Both the position numbers and the translations under genes were made by a program. Of a stretch of DNA of 64,000 nt, positions 17,467-26,800 are shown one piece after another. The DNA comes from a virus. Position 1 is the stretch's first letter, and every line of letters starts with the position of its first letter. Below the pieces are notes generated by a model. The model made no database searches and was not told the origin of the DNA. It was given only the letters and a program-made list of their open reading frames with translations. The DNA is taken from the IMG/VR virus record IMGVR_UViG_3300044675_001548, positions 32,001-96,000 of that record; one strand, written 5' to 3'.

Positions 17467-17598
17467 ATGAAAACAATATCAGCAGTAGTTGTATGGTTTG
17501 CAGTAATTACTACAATAGCAGTATTATTTGCTAGTTGTGGTACAAGCGGCCATGCATGTGATGCCTATGGTCAGGTAGACACAGAAGAAAGAATTTAG
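17467..17598 (+). CDS. small lipoprotein (43 aa, not in ORF track)
   Basis: MKTISAVVVWFAVITTIAVLFASCGTSGHACDAYGQVDTEERI; lipobox LFASC. Confidence 0.6.
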   Translation: MKTISAVVVWFAVITTIAVLFASCGTSGHACDAYGQVDTEERI

Positions 17599-17635
17599 TA
17601 TCTAAGGTACTAAGAGTTATAGGAGCCGGGGAAAC

Positions 17636-17923
17636 TTGGCTCCTTTTGTATTATTAAATCTTATGATTATGAGTAGACTAGAAGAACTAGAACAAGAAAG
17701 GGCAAGATGCCAACAAGAATTAGAAGAGCTCCATATTTATGAGCCAAATGAAGAGTGGTACAAAACAAAAAGACATGAGCTAGAATATACTATAGCTTGT
17801 ATTGAGGATTGTATTGAAGATGAGAAAGATTCAATAAGAGAAAACAACAATGTGAGTGCTGCATTTCTTGTGGTACTATACACAATGGTTGTATTAGGTT
17901 TAACAATTTTAATATTTATGTAA
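17636..17923 (+). CDS. coiled-coil protein with C-terminal TM anchor
   Basis: translation; true start probably a few codons downstream. Confidence 0.6.
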   Translation: MAPFVLLNLMIMSRLEELEQERARCQQELEELHIYEPNEEWYKTKRHELEYTIACIEDCIEDEKDSIRENNNVSAAFLVVLYTMVVLGLTILIFM

Positions 17924-17924
17924 G

Positions 17925-18197
17925 ATGAAAAAGTTATTTATGATTGTGGCACTTATGATTGCCGGAGCTGGTTACTCCCAAAACTTACCAAAAAATTTAA
18001 CAAGGTCTGAGAAGAAATTTGTTAAGAATGTAATTGAGCTTACAAATGATGTCTTAGTAGGTGTAACTAAAAGAAATGATGGTATCATAGTAGTAGAGTT
18101 TTGGAACACTATGTACACCCTTAATGATCTAGGTTACATTGATGAGATGTGGATTTTAGAAGATGAGGATTGGATAGCATTAGGTAGAGAGTATTAA
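17925..18197 (+). CDS. secreted hypothetical protein
   Basis: signal peptide MKKLFMIVALMIAGAGYSQ. Confidence 0.65.
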   Translation: MKKLFMIVALMIAGAGYSQNLPKNLTRSEKKFVKNVIELTNDVLVGVTKRNDGIIVVEFWNTMYTLNDLGYIDEMWILEDEDWIALGREY

Positions 18198-18212
18198 TTA
18201 AAATTTGTAATT

Positions 18213-18542
18213 ATGAACTGGTTAGGAAAATTGTTCAAGAAGAAAGAAAAGAGTTACAACACTGATGTTAAGTATAAGCTACTTATCATTGATGATGAAG
18301 CTGAGCTGATTCATAAGAATCTGGGTATCAATGATGTAAGAGCAGAAGTACTATTAACTGCCTGTTTAGAGGCTTTTGAGAGTAGTAAACGTGTGCATGT
18401 TGCAATGGAAAAGGTTGTTGACATATGCACTCATACTAATGAAGTAGTCTTTGCTACTCTCATGATGGCTAAGGTTATTGAGAAGAATGAGTCACATGAA
18501 AGAATTCATAATATGCTCAAAAACATGTTTGGCAATGGATAA
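18213..18542 (+). CDS. hypothetical protein
   Basis: 109-aa ORF. Confidence 0.65.
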   Translation: MNWLGKLFKKKEKSYNTDVKYKLLIIDDEAELIHKNLGINDVRAEVLLTACLEAFESSKRVHVAMEKVVDICTHTNEVVFATLMMAKVIEKNESHERIHNMLKNMFGNG

Positions 18543-18747
18543 GACACTAATTACCTCTGTCTTAGGATTTGATTTTAAGGCAGAGATAGTTGATCTTAAC
18601 GGTGAAGCTATTAGAACAGGTTGTAAAGGATGTATTAATCCAAGAAAGAAATCTAGAATTAAGTCTAGAATACTGGATAAAAAGTTCTTTACAAACTATA
18701 ATGAAGCTCTGTTAGCTAAAATAAGGGATTTAAGGAGTAATATTTAG
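18535..18747 (+). CDS. hypothetical protein
   Basis: start likely MDKTLI at 18535, overlapping the upstream stop. Confidence 0.55.
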   Translation: MDKTLITSVLGFDFKAEIVDLNGEAIRTGCKGCINPRKKSRIKSRILDKKFFTNYNEALLAKIRDLRSNI

Positions 18748-18751
18748 CATT

Positions 18752-19171
18752 ATGAAAATATCTGTAAACTATGATGATACTGATGTAGCAAAAGCACTCA
18801 GTAAGATCATCAAAGATCCAAATTCTGAAGAGTTTGTCAAGTTACTTACTCCTATGTTATGTGGTACTAGTTATGGTACCGATCATTTCTTCAAGCTTAT
18901 GATTGGTAATAAGTTGCCGGACATTATACCCATTGGTACACTATGCAGAATGGATGTGCTTAATGTTGGATATGGTATAGATAAAGAACTTACTAGACAA
19001 AAGTTTGCAGATCAAGATGACAAAATTGTAGTGACTATAAAAGAGTTTAGAGGTTATCATGAATACAGCCCATATATTGTAGAATATACAGGAGTTGTAG
19101 GTACTGGAACCACTAAACTTGATACTGTTTACCTTAGAGAAGATCAACTAGAAATTATAGAAGAGTTTTAA
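18752..19171 (+). CDS. hypothetical protein
   Basis: 139-aa ORF. Confidence 0.65.
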   Translation: MKISVNYDDTDVAKALSKIIKDPNSEEFVKLLTPMLCGTSYGTDHFFKLMIGNKLPDIIPIGTLCRMDVLNVGYGIDKELTRQKFADQDDKIVVTIKEFRGYHEYSPYIVEYTGVVGTGTTKLDTVYLREDQLEIIEEF

Positions 19172-19324
19172 GAAGTGTATTCTGTGAATATGCTTTTCCT
19201 GACCAAAATGACATGGGAGGTAGCAATATCTCCCTTTTCATTGTTTAGCTATATAATGCTAAATTTTATTGGTTTAAACTTTTAACTGTTGGGATAAATA
19301 GATTACATTTACTAGCATAATTTT

Positions 19325-19603
19325 ATGCCGGTAATGCAATATCAGCTCCCAAATGGGAAAGTAGTCAATCTCTCAATAGAGGAATATCTTGATCTTACAG
19401 ATGAAGATGTGCAGTACCTTATGTCTCTAGACTATGGAGAACATATCTTAGATCCATTTACAGGATCAGCAGTAGAGAAAAACAAACAAGAAAAATATTA
19501 TGACTTTGATTATCTAATAGATGATGAAAGTGATGATGATGTGATATCAGATGATGACCCATTTGATGATATCATAGACTTAACGGGCCCACTGGATATA
19601 TAA
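19325..19603 (+). CDS. acidic hypothetical protein
   Basis: 92 aa with a D-rich C-terminus. Confidence 0.65.
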   Translation: MPVMQYQLPNGKVVNLSIEEYLDLTDEDVQYLMSLDYGEHILDPFTGSAVEKNKQEKYYDFDYLIDDESDDDVISDDDPFDDIIDLTGPLDI

Positions 19604-19722
19604 TACCTGAATTGCAATAAGGTATTAACAACTTATCACTTAGCATGAGTAACTAATGATATAGTAAAAATCTACTCAAAACAATCAATTATTTATTTAT
19701 TTATTTTTTAAAACTTAATGTT

Positions 19723-20211
19723 ATGAACACAAGTAAAGTTAAAGTTGTAGCTGATGCTACTACAGGTGCAGTTATTAATTTATCAGCAAATCCTCTTTAT
19801 GGATATGTAAAATTAGAACAAAAAAGATCAATTGTAGATGACAATGGATTCTTGCGTGTGAAACCGGTTAGTACTTTATTACATAGTACTGTTGCTGAGC
19901 TTGAAGCTGCTGGTTTTTACAAAGGACAGGAGTTAACTGGTCAAATTGTGATCCAAGAGCGTCTTACACCATTTAATGAGAAAGCACCACAAAAGGATCT
20001 TAAGATTGCCGGTTCAACAGGTATTGTATGTACCTTAGAAGGACAACCTATTTACCGTAGAACTTTGTATACTGCAGTATCTAATGCAACTGACACATTA
20101 ATCAAACATGATAATGTTGAGCAATTGCGTAATGCTTATGCAGCACAATCTGGAAAATCTAGTGCTATAGAAAATGCACGTCCAGCTGGAGACTTGTCTA
20201 TTGAAGGATAG
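19723..20211 (+). CDS. hypothetical protein (high-expression codon bias)
   Basis: 162 aa followed by a strong terminator at 20231-20260. Confidence 0.7.
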   Translation: MNTSKVKVVADATTGAVINLSANPLYGYVKLEQKRSIVDDNGFLRVKPVSTLLHSTVAELEAAGFYKGQELTGQIVIQERLTPFNEKAPQKDLKIAGSTGIVCTLEGQPIYRRTLYTAVSNATDTLIKHDNVEQLRNAYAAQSGKSSAIENARPAGDLSIEG

Positions 20212-20230
20212 TCTAAGCTATTAGTTAATA

Positions 20231-20260
20231 TGAGAGGGGTAGAAATATCCCTCTCTTTTT
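20231..20260 (+). terminator. intrinsic terminator (similar hairpins at ~19215, 34802, 40521, 43891, 47038)
   Basis: GAGAGGGG-TAGAAATA-TCCCTCTC-T tract. Confidence 0.75.
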
Positions 20261-20274
20261 ATTTATGATTAAAA

Positions 20275-20769
20275 ATGTATAAAATGGAAAAGTTAAAACA
20301 GGAAATTAAAAATTATCAGTTAAATGCAGGCAAAACTTATATGCAGTATGAGACTGACAGATATTCACAGTATCAAAATTATTTGTACAAGAGAGCACTT
20401 TATGGTCTAAATGCTCTTTCTGAACAAGAACTGGCTACAATGTGTAGTAAAAAGAAACAGAGAATTGTTAATGTTTATAAGAGAGCTCAAGTAGTGATCA
20501 ATAAACTTAAACAGGAGTTTACTATAAGATATACTAATTTTATCTTCAAGACTTTGTTTCCAAATAGCCCTCTAACTGACTCATTACTAGCATGTACTGA
20601 GTTTGATGAGAAGTTTAAAAATACTTTAACTTTTAAAGATTTAAACATCTCAAAAGAGGATATTATCAGTATCTTTATCACTGAAGGTATCTTACCTAAA
20701 AACTTTTTAAGTTTAGATAAGAATCCAAATAAATTACCAAGATTAAAGCATGAAGTTAAAAGTATGTGA
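20275..20769 (+). CDS. hypothetical protein
   Basis: 164-aa ORF. Confidence 0.65.
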   Translation: MYKMEKLKQEIKNYQLNAGKTYMQYETDRYSQYQNYLYKRALYGLNALSEQELATMCSKKKQRIVNVYKRAQVVINKLKQEFTIRYTNFIFKTLFPNSPLTDSLLACTEFDEKFKNTLTFKDLNISKEDIISIFITEGILPKNFLSLDKNPNKLPRLKHEVKSM

Positions 20770-21154
20770 TGGGTGTGGAAAAGAAAAACCCATCTGGAAA
20801 AGTAGTGGAACCGGGGGACTAAAATTATGCAAACAATGCTGGAGTTGCCACAAAAGCGGAGAAAATACACAGAAACCAACAAGTTCTGAAATCCCCCGTG
20901 TCTCCGCTAAAAGGGCAAAGAAAGATGCTGAGTATAGCAAACTAAGACAGAGATATCTTACAGAGAATCCTCTATGTATGATCAAAGTTAAAGGCTGTAC
21001 TCACTTTGCTACAGATGTGCACCACACTTTTAATGGAGCTAACAGAGATGCATTTTATTTAGTTCAAAGTACATTTTTAGCTGTGTGTCGTAACTGCCAT
21101 TCTTGGGTGCATTTGAACCCAGAAAAGGCAAGAATACTAGGATATTTAAAATAG
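20750..21154 (+). CDS. HNH-type endonuclease with N-terminal Zn finger
   Basis: CDGC..CKQC; C..C..DVHH ... VCRNCHSWVH. Confidence 0.75.
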   Translation: MKLKVCDGCGKEKPIWKSSGTGGLKLCKQCWSCHKSGENTQKPTSSEIPRVSAKRAKKDAEYSKLRQRYLTENPLCMIKVKGCTHFATDVHHTFNGANRDAFYLVQSTFLAVCRNCHSWVHLNPEKARILGYLK

Positions 21155-21186
21155 TTTGCTATTATGTAATAATTGTCATATATTTG
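21155..21186 (+). promoter_or_regulatory. complete Bacteroidota-type promoter TTTG-N20-TATATTTG
   Basis: TTTG at 21155-21158 and TATATTTG at 21179-21186, 12 nt upstream of the ATG at 21199. Confidence 0.65.
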
Positions 21187-21198
21187 TAAAAAAATGTT

Positions 21199-21957
21199 AT
21201 GAGAAGTTATTATGTATATATCCATGTTAGAACTGATATAAATGAAGTTTTTTATGTTGGAATGTCTTTAATTAGTAAAGAGGGATTAATTTATTCAAGA
21301 GCATATAGATCTGCTTTTGAAAAAAGAAAAACAGCTTGGCATAATTATGCAAGAATATGTCCATATAATGTTAAGATTGTAAAAGATAAACTTACTAAAG
21401 AAGAAGCTTTTAAATTAGAAATGAAGCTTATTAAAAAGTATGGTAGAAAAGATCTTAATACTGGAACTTTAATAAATCAGTGTGATGGAGGTGCAGGATT
21501 AAAGAATCCAGGTCCCCAGTTGAAAAAAAAGATACAACATTCCAAAAAGCATTTATCCCATGTTTATAAACAAGCTCAAAAACCATACAGTATTTCAGTA
21601 ACTGCATATGATAAAGACGGAAACTTTGTTAAAACATATAGTAGTATAAATGATGCATGTAAAGATGTAGATTGTTTACATGCTGATATTACAAGAGCTA
21701 TTAATGGTAGGAGACACTTAATTGCAGGTTTTCAATGGAGAAAATATGAAATTAAAGTTGGTATAGGTAAAGTACCTGAAAAGAAAAAAGCTAATAAACA
21801 AGTAGCTCAATATTCACATGAATCTTCTACTCCGTTGAGAATTTGGGAAAGTGCTTCTGAAGCAGCTAGAGAATTAAATATATCTAGAACAGGTATTAAC
21901 AACTGTTTAAGACAAAAGAGCTATACAAGTGCTGGGTATATTTGGAAATTTATTTAA
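21199..21957 (+). CDS. free-standing GIY-YIG-like homing endonuclease with NUMOD1-like DNA-binding repeats
   Basis: YYVYIH...FYVGM, EAFKLEMKLIKKYGR..L.N..DGG; two YxxxG..(K/R)xxxSxxEA-type HTH repeats. Confidence 0.75.
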   Translation: MRSYYVYIHVRTDINEVFYVGMSLISKEGLIYSRAYRSAFEKRKTAWHNYARICPYNVKIVKDKLTKEEAFKLEMKLIKKYGRKDLNTGTLINQCDGGAGLKNPGPQLKKKIQHSKKHLSHVYKQAQKPYSISVTAYDKDGNFVKTYSSINDACKDVDCLHADITRAINGRRHLIAGFQWRKYEIKVGIGKVPEKKKANKQVAQYSHESSTPLRIWESASEAARELNISRTGINNCLRQKSYTSAGYIWKFI

Positions 21958-21976
21958 CCTTTAACAAATAATAAAA

Positions 21977-22390
21977 ATGACAAAAGAATTTGTACCGTAT
22001 GAATTAGCTTCAAGAATGAAGAAAATTGGATTTGATGAAGAATGTATTGCATATTACCAAAAATCAGCTGTAATTGGAAATGATAATATACTACCTATTA
22101 GTTTTACAAACATGGCATCTGATTTTAATGATTATGAATATTCAAAATTAGGTGTACCATTTTACTCAGCACCAACTTGGCAACAAGCATTTAGATGGTT
22201 TAGAGAGAAGTATAAAATACATCACAGGGTAGATATTCAAGACCTTTCCGAAAATCTTTACGATTATGAAATTCTTGAAGTTTTAGATGGATTTAATGAT
22301 ACCTACACAGGCTCATCATTTAAAAGCTATGAAGAAGCACAAACAGCCTGTCTAGCTAATTTAATTGAAATTGTAGAACAAAAAAAATGA
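21977..22390 (+). CDS. conserved Bacteroidota-phage hypothetical protein
   Basis: FVPYELA..MK.IGFDEEC; SAPTWQQAFRWFREK; SYEEAQ. Confidence 0.7.
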   Translation: MTKEFVPYELASRMKKIGFDEECIAYYQKSAVIGNDNILPISFTNMASDFNDYEYSKLGVPFYSAPTWQQAFRWFREKYKIHHRVDIQDLSENLYDYEILEVLDGFNDTYTGSSFKSYEEAQTACLANLIEIVEQKK

Positions 22391-22484
22391 GAATAGAATG
22401 AGATAAATAGTAGTAAAGTGCTAATCCAGCAGATGCTAGGACCATGGGATGGTTAAAATGATTTTATTAATGATTTAAAAATTT

Positions 22485-23234
22485 ATGATTATGAAAAAAG
22501 GATTTATTCAAATAGCTACAACAACAGATTATACATTGTTTAACTATTTACCAATGAACAGAATTATTGATGCAAAACAAGTAGAAGCATTAGTACAGAG
22601 TCTCCGCAAGATTGGTGTAAGAAGATCAGTAATGTGTATTAAAACAGATCTTATTGATGGTGAGTTAAAAACTTATATTATTGATGGTCAGCATTTGTTA
22701 CATGCATGTCAAAGGGAAGGCGTTCCAGTTAGATATGAATATGTTGAGGTAACTGATCTTGATGATATAGTACATACTATGGCATTTTACAATAACTCTT
22801 CCAAGTCTTGGAAGCTTATGGATTATGTAAATGCTTGGTTATATATTCACCCTGATTACCTTACACTGAAAAAGTTTAAGAACTTGTATAACTTGGAACC
22901 ACTAATGATTGCAGGTATTTGTAATAATTCAGATTCTTACAATGGTGTATCTGCTGCAAGTGATTTAATTAAAACTGGTAACTTTAGAGTTACAAATCCA
23001 AAAGCTCAAGCAATGTGTAAAGACTTTAGTGATTTGTTTATTAAGATTGGTAAAGCTGATAGATGGGTTAAGCATAACTTCTTGAGAGTATTTATACAGG
23101 CTTATAATAGTAAAAATTATGACCATAAAGCTACTCTTCAGAATATTGATGATAACATCAAGACTATTAAAGCTATGACAGATGTATCTGAGGCTAACCA
23201 GTTTATCCAAAAGAATGTATTTAATTTAATTTAA
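22485..23234 (+). CDS. ParB/Srx-like domain protein
   Basis: NRIID..QVEALVQSL ... YIIDGQHLLHA. Confidence 0.65.
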   Translation: MIMKKGFIQIATTTDYTLFNYLPMNRIIDAKQVEALVQSLRKIGVRRSVMCIKTDLIDGELKTYIIDGQHLLHACQREGVPVRYEYVEVTDLDDIVHTMAFYNNSSKSWKLMDYVNAWLYIHPDYLTLKKFKNLYNLEPLMIAGICNNSDSYNGVSAASDLIKTGNFRVTNPKAQAMCKDFSDLFIKIGKADRWVKHNFLRVFIQAYNSKNYDHKATLQNIDDNIKTIKAMTDVSEANQFIQKNVFNLI

Positions 23235-23238
23235 AAAA

Positions 23239-24333
23239 ATGAACAGGCAAGAAGTCCAAGAAGAAGCAATCAAAGCTACAGAGGGTAAACAACGTGTTTC
23301 AGTGGTACTTGGCACAGGGGTCGGCAAGACCCTTGTTGGCCTAACTCATATAGAGCAAAACACTACAGAGTTGATGCGGTGTCTTATTGTAGCACCAAAG
23401 AAGGCAATCTTCCAATCATGGAAAGATGATGCTGTGAAATTTGGTAAACAAAATTTATTAGGTAGAATGACATTCACTACTTACTTAAGTCTGAACAAAC
23501 ACAATCCTAATGATTATGATGCTGTCTATTTGGATGAGATGCATAGTCTACTGGATAGTCACCGGGGATTCCTCCAGTTATACAAAGGTAAAATCCTTGG
23601 TCTAACTGGTACTCCACCTAAGCGTGATTATTCAGAGAAAGGTAAGTTAGTAAATGAGTTCTGTCCTGTAGTATATACATTCAAAGCAGATGATGCTGTA
23701 GAGAATGGAATACTAAATGACTATCAGATTATAGTACACCAGATTCAATTAACTGATCAAAAGGTGTATCCAGTCAAAGTAGGCAATAAACAGTATTTAG
23801 CATCTGAGATAGATAACTATACTTACTGGTCTAGAAGATTAGATGTAGGGTCAGGAAATGTGCATATGCTCAGAGTGATGAGAATGAAGGCTATGATGGA
23901 GTATCCTAGTAAAGAAAGATATACTAAAAAGCTAATGGAAAGCATTAGTACTAAGTGCATTATATTTGCTAATACTCAAGCCCAGGCTGATAGATTATGT
24001 GAATACAGCTATCATAGCGGTAATAAGGAGTCTGAGGATAATCTAGAACTGTTTAAGAAAGGTGAAATTACTAAGTTATCTACGGTACTGCAGTTAAATG
24101 AGGGTGTGAATATACCCAATCTTAAGCAAGGTATCATTATGCATGCGTATGGTAATGAGAGAAAAGCTGCACAGAGAATTGGTAGGTTACTCCGGTTAAA
24201 CCCTGATGACAAAGCTATTGTACACATACTATGTTATATGGATTCAATAGATGAAAAATGGGTAAAAGAAGCCTTGGAGAACTTTGACCAGACTAAAATT
24301 ATTTGGAAAGATTTTAATATTTCATTATATTAA
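23239..24333 (+). CDS. superfamily 2 (DExD/H) helicase
   Basis: GTGVGKT, LDEMH, GLTGTP, LNEGVNIP, QRIGRLLR. Confidence 0.9.
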   Translation: MNRQEVQEEAIKATEGKQRVSVVLGTGVGKTLVGLTHIEQNTTELMRCLIVAPKKAIFQSWKDDAVKFGKQNLLGRMTFTTYLSLNKHNPNDYDAVYLDEMHSLLDSHRGFLQLYKGKILGLTGTPPKRDYSEKGKLVNEFCPVVYTFKADDAVENGILNDYQIIVHQIQLTDQKVYPVKVGNKQYLASEIDNYTYWSRRLDVGSGNVHMLRVMRMKAMMEYPSKERYTKKLMESISTKCIIFANTQAQADRLCEYSYHSGNKESEDNLELFKKGEITKLSTVLQLNEGVNIPNLKQGIIMHAYGNERKAAQRIGRLLRLNPDDKAIVHILCYMDSIDEKWVKEALENFDQTKIIWKDFNISLY

Positions 24334-24337
24334 TAGT

Positions 24338-24592
24338 ATGGAAGAGACTAAAACACACAAGCTGGCAATTTACAATGATGATGTAAATTCCTATGATTAT
24401 GTTACAGCATGTCTTATTAAGTTATGTAAACATAATCCTATACAAGCAGAACAATGTGCTATTACAGCACATAATGTAGGAAAATGTGTAGTAAAATCTG
24501 GTGCTTTCTTGGACATGTTTGAGTTAAAAACTACTTTTGATGATCTAGACATTAAGTCTGAAATTGAGGAATATGCAAGTGATATGTATTAA
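24338..24592 (+). CDS. clpS: ClpS-like N-degron adaptor
   Basis: LAIYNDDVNSYDYVTACLIKLCKH...AEQCAITAHNVGKCVVKSG matches Bacteroidota ClpS; start likely MEETK at 24338. Confidence 0.75.
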   Translation: MEETKTHKLAIYNDDVNSYDYVTACLIKLCKHNPIQAEQCAITAHNVGKCVVKSGAFLDMFELKTTFDDLDIKSEIEEYASDMY

Positions 24593-24848
24593 TGATGAGA
24601 ATAAGCCAAAAAGAATCTCTCCATATGAATGGATTGAGGAAGGTAAAACCTATACTGTTGTAGAAGTATCTAAAATGGGTTTACAAGCCGGTAAATTTGG
24701 ATATAAACTTAAAGAAGTGCAACTATCAGAACAGTCATTTCCATATGAATATTACAATGCAGACAGATTTGTACCAGTAGAGCCATTAAAACAAGCATTA
24801 AAAGAAGAAAGAGTAGAAGAAATCTCTGCAGATCTAGAACTAGTTTAA
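24564..24848 (+). CDS. hypothetical protein (SH3-like)
   Basis: VICIND...WIEEGKTYTV...Y.L.E...YNADRF. Confidence 0.55.
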   Translation: MRNMQVICINDENKPKRISPYEWIEEGKTYTVVEVSKMGLQAGKFGYKLKEVQLSEQSFPYEYYNADRFVPVEPLKQALKEERVEEISADLELV

Positions 24849-24858
24849 CTTAACACAT

Positions 24859-25299
24859 ATGGAAGAGTACACTAAAGAAGATGTAGTGGAAGCTCTTTTA
24901 AAAATCCCTAACAAGTCAAGACATAGAGTATTAGTTGATCAAAGAAGTTACTTAGTGGCTATTTTAGCTTATAGATTTTTATTAACTGAAAACACTATTG
25001 CTAGTCTTACTGGTTTTAAAAGAGACAAAGTAAACTACAATAAAAAACTTGCATTACAGTTACATGCAGATAAGTCTTATCAGCAAAATGTCTATGTGTA
25101 TGCTCAAATGTTTCCATTTGATTTTAGTGTAATTGAACCAAATGAAATTGGTAGCCATAGATCAAAAAGAATTGAACTTGATCTTGATAGAAAGTTTTAT
25201 AACAAGTTAAAAGCAATTGGAAATATAAAAGGTCACTCAGACATAAGAGTTACAATCAAATTTTTTTTAGAAAAAAGTATAAAAATATGGGAAGAATGA
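24859..25299 (+). CDS. putative DNA-binding protein
   Basis: 146 aa with HTH-like and ribbon-helix-helix-like segments. Confidence 0.5.
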   Translation: MEEYTKEDVVEALLKIPNKSRHRVLVDQRSYLVAILAYRFLLTENTIASLTGFKRDKVNYNKKLALQLHADKSYQQNVYVYAQMFPFDFSVIEPNEIGSHRSKRIELDLDRKFYNKLKAIGNIKGHSDIRVTIKFFLEKSIKIWEE

Positions 25300-25547
25300 A
25301 AGAACTTTGTATGGATATTATTGAAGCCAATGGTGGTATACCTGAAGGCATGACTATAGGAGATGTAGTCAAAATGAAAGAGTTAGAAAATTATAATTGG
25401 CATGAGTATGAACGACAACAAGAGAAAAACAGACTACAACAGTATCAACAAGAAAATACAGGAGAGACTGGAAAGGTTGAACAAGTCAGCAAAAAATTCT
25501 CCCAGAGATATGGAGAAGCCAAAGAACAAAAAAACAGTGAACAATGA
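25287..25547 (+). CDS. hypothetical protein
   Basis: MGRMKELCM... Q/E-rich. Confidence 0.6.
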   Translation: MGRMKELCMDIIEANGGIPEGMTIGDVVKMKELENYNWHEYERQQEKNRLQQYQQENTGETGKVEQVSKKFSQRYGEAKEQKNSEQ

Positions 25548-25996
25548 AGAAGGTGATTAATTTATTAGGAGCAATACTAATTACAGGAAGTGTTAGTGCT
25601 CAATGGACTTATGAGAAAATAGATAATGGTTTTGATGACCCTTACAAGGTTGCATACACAGAAACAGATAACAATGCTTTTCTTAAGCTAGAAAGAGTGG
25701 ATACCAATACTATACTTTTTATTAAAGGTGGTTACTATTGTGATGATAAGCCTGAAGTAGATATAGTATTTGTAGTGAATGGTGTAGATAAGAAGTATAG
25801 AAAAGTTTGTGATAAGTCTGAGAAAAATAACATAGTTTTCCTAACCTGGTCATTGGAATTGAGACCTGAGATGCTTGCAGATTTTAAAGCAGCATCTGCA
25901 GTAAAAATTAGGATAAATGAGAGTTATTGTACAACAGAAACTTATAAGTTTAACATGAGTGGTAGCAAAGCTGCTTATGACTTTATGCTAAAATAA
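25544..25996 (+). CDS. secreted/periplasmic protein
   Basis: signal peptide ending SVSAQ; FNMSGSKAA C-terminal motif. Confidence 0.65.
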   Translation: MKKVINLLGAILITGSVSAQWTYEKIDNGFDDPYKVAYTETDNNAFLKLERVDTNTILFIKGGYYCDDKPEVDIVFVVNGVDKKYRKVCDKSEKNNIVFLTWSLELRPEMLADFKAASAVKIRINESYCTTETYKFNMSGSKAAYDFMLK

Positions 25997-26011
25997 TTAA
26001 AACAAGCAAAC

Positions 26012-26257
26012 ATGAAAAAGATAATTAGTGTCTTACTGTTAAGTTTAGTCCTTTTAAGCTGTAAAAAAAAAGAGTGCAAATGTGCTGATGTAAAGGATAA
26101 AGATATTGATCATATGCTTAGCTCATCTGGTAATGTCATAGGAACTTCCTATACTATACTATTTTATGATCCTTGTATTCGTGAGTCTAGATGGGTAAGT
26201 GTTAGTGAGGAGCTGTACAATAGCTTAGGACTTGGTGATACTTATTGTATACCTTAA
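26012..26257 (+). CDS. lipoprotein
   Basis: MKKIISVLLLSLVLLSC lipobox. Confidence 0.65.
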   Translation: MKKIISVLLLSLVLLSCKKKECKCADVKDKDIDHMLSSSGNVIGTSYTILFYDPCIRESRWVSVSEELYNSLGLGDTYCIP

Positions 26258-26448
26258 TGCTTCACTTTATTAAGTACCTAGTGGTATGGATAAGCCAAAA
26301 CTTATCTGTACCATTTTGGATGGTTGGTCATGTACATTTGATGTCCACTATATATGAGGACATTCATGAAATAATAGCATCTTGTGGTATGAATGTACTA
26401 GTTGCTGCTGGATTTATTATTGATTATTTAGAACAAAAAAACAAGTAA
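26245..26448 (+). CDS. small membrane protein
   Basis: 67 aa, hydrophobic. Confidence 0.55.
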   Translation: MYTLMLHFIKYLVVWISQNLSVPFWMVGHVHLMSTIYEDIHEIIASCGMNVLVAAGFIIDYLEQKNK

Positions 26449-26450
26449 AA

Positions 26451-26798
26451 ATGGCAGTTAACAATAAAGTAAAAAATTCAGGAAGGCCTAAGAAGGTTAA
26501 GAATGATGATTTTGTAATGATGAAGAGTGATTTGGAACTTAACTTAGAAAAAGCACAGGCATGGCTTAAAGTTAAGGATGAGGTTATTGCAGACTTAGAA
26601 ACTAAGTTAGATGAGGCTTATAAAGAGCAAGAAGACATGCTTAAAGAAGTAGATAAGTGGGTATTCCAAGTAATACACCATTGTGCTGAAGTAGAATCTA
26701 AAACAGGTAGAATTACACTACATGATGTAGACTACTGTGTAGATTTGATCAAAAGAATTATGAAACATAAATTTGAAAGTAAACCTGAAAACTATTAA
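26451..26798 (+). CDS. hypothetical protein with AT-hook-like GRPKK and coiled coil
   Basis: translation. Confidence 0.55.
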   Translation: MAVNNKVKNSGRPKKVKNDDFVMMKSDLELNLEKAQAWLKVKDEVIADLETKLDEAYKEQEDMLKEVDKWVFQVIHHCAEVESKTGRITLHDVDYCVDLIKRIMKHKFESKPENY

Positions 26799-26800
26799 TT

